A stretch of 64,000 nt of DNA from Eledone cirrhosa. Its lineage: Eukaryota. Below are positions 1 to 11,085 of this stretch, piece after piece (within the stretch, counting starts at the first letter, position 1; every line of letters begins with the position of its first letter). A model generated the notes under the pieces. It was given only the letters and a program-made list of their open reading frames with translations, had not been told where the DNA came from and did no database searches. Where the stretch lies: assembly GCA_964016885.1 (NCBI GenBank), contig OZ024740.1, forward strand, positions 90,396,001-90,460,000, in the 5' to 3' direction. The position numbers and the translations under genes were made by a program.

Positions 1-12
1 GATGAACAAAAA

Positions 13-3000
13 TTGGCCGGGCAGGCTCGGGTAATAAGATCTAATGGGTGGATAAGCGAGCTGGAACTGGAGGAACTGAGCAGAGAGAATGGCTTGGAGA
101 TGGCGGGTGTAGTATGCCAGACAAGCGAGCCAGTGGGAAATGAAGGTGAAGAGGTCTTGAGAAAGGAGGAACCACCTGAAGCAGACAATGATCTGAATAC
201 TGAGATAAATAATACCTGGAACAGAGATACGGCCACTGAGGAGATGAATGCTGACGGGCTAGGACAAGATTCGGTTGACATCCTAAATTTAGTGGTAGAT
301 GAATTGAACAATGATAGTGGGAGACCTATGAACCTAAAATTTGTAGACAGGAAAAAGTTAAAAGAAACAACAGCTAAGGTAAACAAAGTCATCCCATACC
401 TTGAGGCGAGGAGCCTTCACCAGTGCAACAATATCCTCAAAGCAACAGCAAATACGGTGAGGAAACTACTTGGTATAAAAACGAGAGGAAACAACAGACA
501 AGAAAGAGCAGAGCCGTGGTGGAAGAACGACTGAGTGGGCAAATCGGGGAAATGAGAAATGACATAGGAAAGCTTGAGTCACTACTGAATGGGACACTAA
601 AAAACATAGGCACTAAAAATAGACTGGAAATAAAATACAAAACTAGGAGTAAAAAGCTAAATATTATCATAGAGGTATTGAAGCAACGCATTGTAGCAAA
701 GAGTGCAAAAATCAGGCGATACGAGAACAGAGTCAGTCTGTATAAACAGAACCGCATGTTCGACAACAACCAGAAGATGCTGTTTGGACAGCTTGAGGGG
801 AAAGAAAGAGGCAACGACTTGATCCCTGGGGCGGAACAAACTAAAACATTCTGGAGAGGAATATGGGAGCAGGATGTTAGACATAATGCCCAGGCAGGGT
901 GGATTGAGACAGTACAGAGGGAGATCGGTGAGCAGGCACAACAACAAACTGATTTGAGTATCACAGTTGAAACTCTTAAGGGGCAGGCCAAAAAACTAAC
1001 CAACTGGAAATCACCAGGCCCAGATGGTGTGCAGGGGTATTGGATTAAACATTTAACATCCCTCCACCCGAAGCTGACGGCCATGTTCAATGACTGCTTG
1101 GTGTCGGGTGAGGTTCCAGAGTGGTTGACAAAAGGTACCACAGTTCTGATAATGAAAGACCGAATCAAGGGTAATGATGTTACCAACTATAGACCTATCA
1201 CATGTCTGTCCGTAATGTGGAAACTGTTGACGAGCATTGTGTCTGAGGAAATCTACCATCACCTCCACACAAACAACTTGTTACCGGACGAACAGAAAGG
1301 ATGCCGAAAGAAGTCACGTGGTACAAATGACCAGTTACTTATTGATAAGATGGTAATGGGGAATTGCAGGAGGAGACACACTGATCTTGCCATGGGATGG
1401 ATAGACTACAGAAAGGCATTTGACATGGTGCCTCATTCTTGGATCACCAAAAGCCTGGAGATCTTCAGGGTGGCAGATAACATCAGACAGTTGCTGGGCA
1501 GGAGTATGGGGTCCTGGGAGCCAGAGTTGACATCAACTGGAGTATCCTTGGGAAGCGTGAAGATCAAGAGAGGTATCTTCCAGGGAGATAGCCTGTCCCC
1601 TCTGTTGTTTGTCCTTGCCCTAATGCCCTTGACCATTATGCTGCGAAAAGTGAGAGCAGGATACAAGTTGGGAAGGGGAGAGCTTACCATCAATCACCTC
1701 CTCTTCATGGACGATCTTAAGCTCTTCGGGAAAAGTGAGAAGGAGTTGGATGTGCTTGTTGACACTGTCAGTATTTTCAGCAGTGATATATGTATGCAGT
1801 TTGGTATTGGTAAATGTGGAGTCATTGTGATGAGGAGGGGTAGGTTGAGCAGAAGTAGCGGGATCCAGATACCAACAGGTGAGATGATAAAGGAAATTGA
1901 CTCCGAGGAAGGATACAATATTTGGGCGTTCTGGAGGCTGATGGCATAAAGAACAAAAAAATGAAGGAATTGTTAAGAACTGAATACATTCGGAGCGTAA
2001 GGAGCGTATTGAAGTCACATCTGAACAGCAGAAATGCCATAAGCGCAGTAAATTCCCGAGCTGTGTCTATTATTAGGTACAGTGCGGGAATTCTGAGATG
2101 GAATGTTGCTGAACAAAAAGAAATGGATAGGAAGACTAGGAAGCTATTGACTATCTACAACATGTTCCACAAGAGGAGTGATGTCGATAGACTCTACCTA
2201 AGGAGATCTGAGGGTGGAAGAGGTCTTACCAGCATAGAGGACTGTGTTAGATGGAGAAAAGCAACCTACACAAATACGTGACTGATAGTAAGGAGCCAAT
2301 GCTCAAAACTGTACTGAAGGAGGGGACAGTAGGCCAGGGGATGTCCAAGGAGGAAATAACATCAAGGAGGAAGAGCAGCCTTAAGGGAAAATCCCTTCAT
2401 AGTACCTTCTTTGAGAAAACTGAATTTAGAGATCCACAGACATGGAACTGGTTGAGAAGAGGAGACCTCAAAAAGGCTACAGAAGGAATGATAATGGCTG
2501 CGCAGGAGCAGGCCCTCAAAACGAAGTGGTTGAAGCACCATATTTACAAGGAGGAGGCTAGCCCACTGTGCAGGATCTGTGGAGAGAGCGAGGAGACTGT
2601 GGCTCACATTGTGTCCGAGTGTAAACACCTATCCCAGACCCACTATAAGGGCTGGAGACACGATGTGATGGGCAGGGTGATCCACTGGCACCTGTGCAAA
2701 GTAAACAATTTACCACACTCTAAGAAAGGGTATGAGCATAGGCCGGAGGCGGTGATGGAGAACAATCAGGTGAAGGTGCTGTGTGATTTTAGGATACAGA
2801 CGGACAAAAAACTGGAACACAATAGACCTGACCTGGTGGTTGTGGACGAAGAAAAAAGATCGTGTCTAATTGTGGATGTGGCCTGCCCGTTCGACACGAG
2901 AGTGCAAGAGAAGGAGAGGGAGAAAATTAACCGATACCAGGACCTAAAGTGGGAGGTGAAAAGGATTTGGAACTGCCATGAAGTCAAAGTGATCCCGATT

Positions 3001-3126
3001 GTCATAGGCGCACTGGGGACTATCTCCAAAAGTTTCCAGGGATGGTTAAAGAAAATCGGCCCCTTCACGCTTTTTGGAACGCTTCAAAAGGCATGCTTGC
3101 TTGGAACAGCAAGAACCCTCCGATAG
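13..3126 (+). pseudogene. R4/Dong ORF broken by three frameshifts (~530, ~1920, ~2260)
   Basis: Four overlapping ORF pieces in different frames form one continuous RT-RLE protein. Confidence 0.88.
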
Positions 3127-3189
3127 TGGCTTGATATTCATTCCAACGGACTTTCCAGTTAACCAACATCAATGACTGAGATTCAAGGA

Positions 3190-3197
3190 ATAACAAC

Positions 3198-3237
<40 letters not shown>

Positions 3238-3238
3238 T
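3190..3238 (+). repeat. (AAC/AAT)n tail or target of the Dong-like element
   Basis: taacaacaat(aat)n seen directly. Confidence 0.9.
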
Positions 3239-3749
3239 AAGGGAAGAAGACGCACGAGGTTGTAGAATGTCATGAAATCGCTCCCGTAAGTTTTTGATTT
3301 TTAACATATTTAAATCAATTGTGAAATAACAATTCTTAGTACAAATAATGCATAAACCACCGAATCAAGTCTCATAAACTTTCGGATCCATAATATATTG
3401 TTATATCGCTCAAATATTCAATTTTGTATTATATATTTTATATTCCAAAAAGAAAATTGTTATAAATGGAAGAAAACTACCTCTGTCTACACTATATAGA
3501 ACAGCCAAATAACAGCAATTTCACCAACACCAGAAAATTGATACACCACCTACCCCATAACTCGTATGAACATAAAGCAAGATAAATGCAGCTGTAATGA
3601 TAATAATAATAATAATGATATCTTTATTGGCCACAAGGGCTGACATCAAGAAAAAACATTACAGACTGCATAGGGCGGTACGCTGTAGGTTTTGTTCGTG
3701 TAAAGATTTTTATTATTTATATAAGAAAATAAAAAGAAAAAGACATAGA

Positions 3750-3812
<63 letters not shown>

Positions 3813-6746
3813 AATAAAGATGAAAATTGAAACAATGAAACATTCCCCAGGGGGGGGGGACCTCCGAGGGCTACACGTGGCGAAAACCACACAAAAGACC
3901 ACGGCCACGATGACCACCAGGGCAAGCGGCCACTCTCTATTTTTCCATTTCTCAAACTACAGACGTATATTCAGAGCGGTCCCGTTCACTCGGACCATTC
4001 TCGCTACATTCACCCACTTTCAACAAACTTGCTAGAAAGCAGCATTTGTCTCTCCACCCTGATTTTGAAAATGAAACTTGAAAAAGTTAATTAAGGATTC
4101 GCCTAAGAGGATAGTATATGTCTTTAACCCTTTCAACCTTGTCAACCACACATTTTATTTCGCCAAGGCCACCAGGCAGATGAAACCCACCTGCCCTTCC
4201 TCATCGAAGAAAGACAACGAGACCATCTGCACAATGGACTCAGTCGATAACCGGATCAGTCCTACACGCGACAGCAACTGTTCGACATATCTCCACAAAT
4301 CAGCAATGCTCGGACACTGAACAAATGCGTGCACGACTGTTTCGTCACTCTGCGTGCATTTCGGACAGGCTCGGCTCTCAGCACTTCAGTGCCTGTAGAG
4401 CTTATCTCGAACTGGCAACGCTCCCCGGTAGCACTGCCAGGCCAGGGATTTTTGGAAGTTATCCATAGACACAGGGCTGAAAGTTCTCCAGAAGAGAGCA
4501 AACACCTGATCTTCTTTGACGCCCAGGATCTCTCCGAGAACGGCGTCGCTGTTACCCTCCACTAGTCCTCTATAGAAAGCCGAGGTGGATGTTACACCGA
4601 TACTGGTGCCCAGCTGGCAGAAGGCAGTGAGCACCTGGAGAAGTTCCAGTTTCCAAGCGCTATCCCTCGGTCTTTTCTTGAACCAGGACTGCAACTCCGT
4701 CAAGGAGACGAGCTGTGGGAAAACGTGCCTGGCAAACGGCGACCACACCTGTTCACCATCAAGGAAGCACCAGAGATGTCGCAGCCTCAGCGCATGCTTG
4801 CTCATCATCAGCCATGGCATGCCCAGTCCTCTACGCAACGGGTGTTGACAGAAGATGGAATGTCTGACCATGGGAGCGCGTCCTTTCCTCAGAAAGCGGA
4901 AAAGGAGGCCCTCCATTTTAGTGAGAGTTGGGCCTGGGCAAGGGACGACGGTGAGGCAGTAGCAGATGACGGATGCGATGTACGCATTCGCCACCTCCGC
5001 CCGGCCTTTCAGGGACAGCTTCCTCTCGGCCCATTTCTGAGTGAAGGAGGCCACCTTGCTCGTCACCTCGCTCCAGTTTTTCTCCATATGGAGGTCCGGT
5101 CCGAACCAGAACCCGAGCAATTTAACGGGTCCGTCCGTCAATCGCCCCACGACGGTGTCGGAGGGCATGGACTTGCCTCTCTAGGTGCCGAGCTGCAAGC
5201 CCACCGACCTTTCCTGGTTTATCTTTGCCCCTGTCACCAATTCGTATTCCTCGGGAGCGGTGCCGAGCATCTGGACGTGTGTGGTGCTCGACACCACCAC
5301 GGTGACGTCGTCGGCGTAAGCCGATTCGGATTTCCCGCATCCTAGTTCGCGTGGGACATCCCTCATCGACCCTAGTTTGTGCAGTAACGGCTCGAGAGCC
5401 AATACATACAAGAGGGACGAGAGGCGACAACCCTGGCGGACCGAGCGCATGGTGCTGAACGGCTGCGACAAGTGACCGTTCACCCTGACAACTGAGTATG
5501 TGTCGCTGTACATCGCAGCGATCCAACCCCTGAAAACGGACACAAACCCGGATGCCTCGAGGACCGCCGCCAGGTACCGATGGTCGACCCTATCGGATGC
5601 TTTGGATTGATCCAAGTTAATCAGGGTCCCACCCGTGCCAGGTTCCTTAACCTCCCTCTCCATGATGTATCGCATGAGGTGGAGGTTGTCGTGTATGGAT
5701 CTGTCCGGAATGCAGAATGTCTGCGCTTCTCCCACCAGGCCTTTGACGACAAGCGCCAACCCCTTTGCTAACACCTTGGACAAAATCTTGAACTCTGCGT
5801 TTATCAGCGTTATGGTCCTGAAGTTATCGACAACATCCCCCTTGTTCGGGTCTTTTCTCAGCAGCACCACCGCTCCTCGGCTCACAAAACTGGGAATGCT
5901 CCCGTTCTGCTGCCAGTTGCAGTAGACGTCTGCCAAGAGGTCACGAAACAAGTCTGGCATAAATGCATAAAGCTCGTAGGGCAGACCATCCAAACCTGGC
6001 GATTTACTCCTCGTGTAGTTAGCCATCGCTTCCTGTATTTCACAGGCTGTGAATTGGCTTTTCGCAACACTGTGCTGCGGTCGTCGAGAGCCGTGGCAGT
6101 CCGTCGAAGTATGCACTGAAGTCCATACCCCGATACGGCCCACCGCTGCTCCCGAGGAGTTCAGCAAAGTGCTGCTGAAAAGCTTCACACATCTACTCGG
6201 GTTCAAGCATCACGCGCCCGTTTTTGTCAGATAAAGACAGAATTGTGGCTTTGTTGCCACGTACGCCTCTGCCACCCGGGCCCATTTGCCTTTTTTTGTC
6301 CCCTGGTGTTTAAGAGCACGCTCTCTAGATCGGACGACGCATTCCTTCGTGTTTTGCGTTGAAGAATTTGTCGAGTACCAATCTCGCCGCAAGCACGTCG
6401 GTTGCGATGCCTGTGCTAAACGCCACTTCTAGCTTTCTGACTAGCTCTCCCTCTACTCTATTTTCCTCTATCGCTAGTCATTTGCTAAACCTAATCGACT
6501 CTAATTTAATTGCCCTTTTCAGGGCGGAGCACCACCTGTTGTCGACGATCTCTCCCATCAACGCCCGTTTAACTAATACGCTAATCTGGTCTCTGTAGGC
6601 TTAGTGCGCCTGGAAAGACGCGTTCAGCTACCAGTAACCTGGTCCTTGTCTATGAAGTATGTCTATGTCGAACACACAGATCACAAATTTGTGGTCTGTG
6701 TAGTCGTCTATTTTAAATTGTGGACTCTCGTATGCTGTTCGTCTAA

Positions 6747-7207
6747 TCCCCCTGTCATAGATATCTTACATGATGGAGTACTGATCAAAACAATGGGATA
6801 CGAAAAAGAACGTAGACCATTGTTTTGCGAGCCTGAATATATAGCCATCAGTTTTCGTCAAAAATGTATAATATCGGATTGGAAAAAGAAAAGCTTATTC
6901 TGTTGTGATAAATCTGGTAGAGTTTCTTCAGTCTTTGTTGGTGATTATGGCATCAACCAATTACAGTGTCCTTTAGGTGTTACCCTAGATGCAGAACGTT
7001 TTACCTATGTATCAGACAAAGACAGCAATATAATTTATAAATTTACACCTGATATGACATTTGATAGTATCTTTCTATCGAACGAGGATGAAATTGAGCA
7101 ACCGGTTTCAATGGCTTTTAACTCTGCGGGTCGTTATTGAAATTCCTGGTCTATTGACATTTTTTGGTTAGAGTTTACAGTAGATCTCAAGTTATTTTAA
7201 TTGTTTA
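6747..7207 (+). pseudogene. NHL-repeat (beta-propeller) host-gene fragment inserted in Tx1 ORF2
   Basis: Frame of ORF 6604-7140 gives LFCEPEYIAIS..IISDWKKKSLFCCD..G, QLQCPLGVTLDAERFTYVSDKDSNIIYKFTPD, EQPVSMAFNSAGR, i.e. repeated P-x-G-I/V..D/VSD units typical of NHL blades. Confidence 0.72.
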
Positions 7208-7336
7208 GTTAATAATGTACTACGTTGAGTCTTTAGTTTTCTGCTATACACTTGTAATTTTATTTTTACTGTTGGAAGTGAGAACATTACTTGTACATAT
7301 ATCACTAGAAGTTGTCTCCCTTTAGTCTTTGTTGCT

Positions 7337-7528
7337 GGTCTGAACTTGAAACTGTTGCTATAAGCGTCAGACACCATGTTTTGTAGCATAGTTATGGCCC
7401 TTTGCGTTCTGAGTTCAAATCCGGCCATGGTTAACTTTGCCTTTCATCCTTACATGGTCAATAAAATAAAGTACCAGTAAGGCACAGGGTAATTGCTGAC
7501 CTTGTGCCAAACGTAGAAACAATTATTA
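7337..7528 (+). mobile_element. tRNA-derived SINE, degenerate copy
   Basis: B-box gagttcaaatcc, central actttgcctttcatcct..aaagtaccagt, tail ccttgtgccaaa..gaaacaattatta. Homologous to the other four copies. Confidence 0.88.
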
Positions 7529-8148
7529 CATCAATTGGGATGACCCGATGCGGTTTGTCCATGTCCACATTGGTACATTCGGGTGATCCAGTCGATACCT
7601 GTCAGGCAGTTCAAAACGTCTGAGCAGGTTGGTGAGGCTCTTGCACCCTCCTCCCCTATCCACTAGCCCCACACAATTCGAGCGTGCATCCAAGAACCAT
7701 TCCAGTCGCCCACTAGCACTAAAAAGCGGGACGTTCCAAGTACAGTCTCTAGAAGTCTGAAGAAATCTGGCCGCCCAGCCCCAGTTGGGGCGTTGACGGC
7801 TACTAGCCCGAAAGCATTTCCTTCGCTGCCGGTCACGTCCAGCACCACCGACTTACCTTCTTGGCGAGAGATAAGCCTCTCCGAAAAAGGGAAGCAACCT
7901 CTCTCCGCACGATCCAGGACGGCTGGGAGATGCGCATACATCGTAGCCGCCGAAGATCGGTGCGAAGGATTGAGCTTCGGAGATTATGGTCTCGCTGATG
8001 GCCACCATATCTATGTTTAGTGACCTGAGGCCGTTGAGCAGGTGACCCTGGTTCCAAGATGACCCTAGGCCACGTGCATTTGTACTACCTTTTCTAAGTA
8101 CGGCCATGTTGGATGAAAAACGGGGCAAGTGAGAAAGGATCACTTACT

Positions 8149-9954
8149 TTAATCGTGTGGTGAAAGGACAGTCGAACCGTCCCTTTGGCTGGTCATGGGT
8201 GTTTCGAAGAGTATGCCAGTGTATATCCGCGTGGTAACCGACCTTCCGAATTCTCCAACTGCGTTGGGGAATTTTTGTTTTAAAGGTTTGTACTGTTCTA
8301 TTTTGATATCAAAGATGCTTATGTTTGTCGGGAGAGTTCTTGGTGTTGGTGGGGTGTAGTAGTTTTTTTCTGTGATGTCTGTGGGCTGCTTTATATGTTT
8401 TATGAATTCTTTATTTGCCATGTTTATGGCTGTGTACTTTTTGGCGGGACGGTTGATTTTGTTACTGTTTTCTTCTTGATGCTGTTGGTTGTGTGTGTTT
8501 TGTTGTGTTTGTGTTGTAGGTGTTTTTGGTGATGCTGGTGTTGATGTGGTTGTTGTTTGCGGTCGTGTTAGTGGTGGTGCTGGTGATAGTGGTGGTGTTG
8601 CTGCAAGTCTCATTGCAGCCTTTACCCTTCTTGTGTGCATTCGCCTTTGGAGGGTGAAGCTAAGAGGTTTTTTTTTGTTTTGTCTTTTTTTGTGGCAGAC
8701 CGTTTGCCACTTCACTCCCGCTCAGGCATCATGTCAGATATCGCGGCGCCTGGCAGAGGTATGGGCTCCACGGCTGTTGGTGGTGGTAGTGGAGCCCTCT
8801 CCTGCGAATTTGTTGCTGGTGCAGCTACTGCAACTGTAGCTGCTGGTATTGCATCCACTGATGCTGCTGCTTTTGTTGTCCGTGGCCTTGGTACGGGTTC
8901 CACGGACGTTGCCCTCCTACTCACCGTGGAAGGGTCTTCTGCGTTTTTTGCCTGCCCTGCTCTTGGTAGCACGGACCAGGTATTGGAAGGAGAAGGGCCT
9001 TCTTCTTCACTGTCTTCTGAGGGCTAAAGGCCCTGAGGTTACCCTTTGACCCACAGAGATAACATTTTAGCCGTCTTCCTTCCACTCTTATAGGGAGTTG
9101 GAGTCCTTCCTCGAGGTTTATGATATCGGGGATAGCATCGATACACTCCTGCTCAGTTTGTATAAGCATTTGCAAGGCTATACCTGACCAGTTCTCTCTC
9201 CCTGTTTTCTCTAATTGCAGTATGGTCGTCCTGTCCTCGATTCCAGCATGGACAAACGCGGCCAGCCAAGGTATGGGCATCGGGTGGGACCTTTGTCACT
9301 TTGAACCTCACAATTGTCTGCCCGCAGTAGGAGGGCACCAAGACTATCTCCTCACTCTTTAAGGTTTCTAAAGAGTAACACTTCGCTTCTTGGGGGTGGC
9401 GAATAGTACGTCTACTGTGGCGTACTTTCTGCCTCGTGTAATGTTGGTTTTGCGCGTCCAGACGCACCTCAAGTCCTTTTGGATTCAAGCCTCCGTGGCT
9501 CTCTCCACCCGATGCGACATTTTGCTTACGGTGCGGTAAGTCACCGTCCGTAGCTGCTGGTCCTTGAAAAAAATCGGGTGGAGGTTTCAGGAAAACTCTA
9601 TTGCCGTTTCTTATCCCCATGGCCTTTGCGACTTCCATCTCCTCCACTGTGACTAACAGTTTCGATATTTCGGGCGACACCTGCAAAAGAAGTGGTCCCT
9701 TTTTCAGCAGCACCACTATTGCTGACGCTACTGGTCTTGCTGGCGTTGCTGAGATCGCTGTTACAGGTATCGATGTCATTGTTGATGTTTTCGTTGGTAC
9801 TGTTGCTGCTGTTGTTGTTGTTATTTTCGTTGATACCTTTGCTGTTGTTACTGTTATTGTGGCTGTTGTTATTATTGTTGTTTTTGTTGATACTGTTCCT
9901 ACTATTATTGTTGGTGTGGCTGTTGTTATTGTTAATGTTATTGTCGTTATCCAC
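8149..9954 (-). pseudogene. Tx1 ORF1 (N-rich N-terminus, putative RRM-like region, degenerate CCHC knuckle, P/T-rich tail)
   Basis: Pieces 9598-9954, 8921-9280 (EGRRLKCYLCG) and 8149-8715 are homologous to copy 3 ORF1 (PSYC, IPWL.A, ENWSG, EGRR..C..CG, LKQKFP..GEF). Confidence 0.8.
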
Positions 9955-10419
9955 CTTATCGCTGTTATTTTTGTTGTTGCTGTTGTTATTGATGGTGTTG
10001 TTGGTGGTGTTATTGTTGGTGTTGTTTATGTTAGAAATATTTGGTAATTTTAAATCTGTAAAAATATCGTTAAAAATGATATCCTTCCTATTTCATATTT
10101 ACCCTAGCTAGAACGCTGTCTTGTTGATATGTTGAAAAAGTTTCCCTCTCTCTGTGTTGTCTGACAGCGCTCGCTCTCTTTCTTGTGTTATCCATGTTGA
10201 AAGAATTTTTTTTTTTCAAATAATACTTTTACATAATACAACACCCCGTAAAGGGGTGCCATATTATTTACGAGTGAACCTCTGTAATAGGTGGGTCACT
10301 TCTTCTAAACATTTATCAAGTTTAAAACTTGAATAAAAGGTTTAGAACGCTTGAAAACGAGGTAAACTTTTGAAAAAAAACTGGAGACGATAAGAAGCGT
10401 GGTTTCACCTTCAATAATA

Positions 10420-11085
10420 AAAATGATATTAATAATAAACAATCAACCACAAAGTCTCTGGATGCTCAGCACTAGGCAAAAACGAATATATCTGCAGGCA
10501 TGATAGAGTTGGGCCCTTCATACATTGGAAATTATGCCAGCATTATGAAATACCAACAGAAAAACGATGGTAGAAACACACACCAGAAAATCTGTCAGAG
10601 AATGACAAAGCAACCATTCTATTGGATATGCCAATACATACAGACAGAGAGATCAAAGCGAACCGACCAGATATTATAGTCAAAGACGGCAAAGAAAATG
10701 ATGCCATCTAATAGAAGTATCTATTCTCACAGAAGACAATATATCTTCCAATGATATATAGAATCTTTCCAAATATAAAGATCTAGAGATAGAAATAACT
10801 CAAATATGGAAAATGATAACAGAAACAATACCTGTAGTAATAGGTGCTATAGGTATGATAACAAAAAGACACAAACAGTCCCAAACCCTAGGACTTACAA
10901 ATATATACAGCATACAAGACAGCACTATCAGGCACTGCACACATATTACGCAAAGTACTATCAATACAATAGAAATAACATCAGCAAAAACTACACTGCT
11001 CATACCAAAGGCGCACACAACTGTGCTCGATAAAGCATTGATGGTGCACAATCAAAATTATAATGGAAATAATAATGATAATAAT
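10420..11085 (+). mobile_element. 5'-truncated R4/Dong fragment (RLE domain only), decayed
   Basis: Translates to NDKATILLDMPIHTDREIKANRPDIIVKD..KYKDLEIEITQIWKM.TETIPVVIGAIG, flanked by aataat repeats. Confidence 0.85.

Larger units (their letters stand above)
1..3238 (+). mobile_element. R4/Dong-clade non-LTR retrotransposon (RT + CCHC + restriction-like endonuclease), 5' end outside window, frameshifted
   Basis: Consecutive ORFs 13-534, 423-1949, 1922-2281, 2251-3126 give RT motifs (KSPGPDG, YRPITCL, WIDYRKAFD, GIFQGDSLSP, LFMDD), a zinc knuckle (CRICGESEETVAHIVSEC) and an RLE (NRPDLVV..DVACP..EKINRYQDL..PIVIGALG). Ends in an (AAT)n tail. Confidence 0.93.
3835..8107 (-). pseudogene. Tx1 ORF2 (APE endonuclease + RT), disrupted, and interrupted by an insert at ~6747-7532
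   Basis: ORF pieces 7853-8143, 7663-7941, 5181-6206 and 4386-5168 are collinear with copy 3. Confidence 0.88.
3600..10410 (-). mobile_element. Tx1-clade (L1 group) LINE copy 1, near full length, decayed
   Basis: ORF1 remnants 8149-9954; ORF2 APE (NARGL, VLVGDWNG), RT (SPGLDGLP, LDQSKASDRV, VRQGC, YADD) and C-terminal Cys region. The 3' end reads cccttgtggccAATAAAgatatc(att)n on the minus strand. The 5' boundary is approximate. Confidence 0.9.

Noticed and set aside
437-1186. 249-aa antisense ORF and other antisense ORFs over LINE/PLE coding regions
   Set aside because: Shadow frames of retroelement ORFs.
9598-10111. Asn-rich, Leu-rich and Val-rich ORFs as host proteins
   Set aside because: This is the (AAC/AAT)-rich N-terminus of Tx1 ORF1 and its antisense translations.
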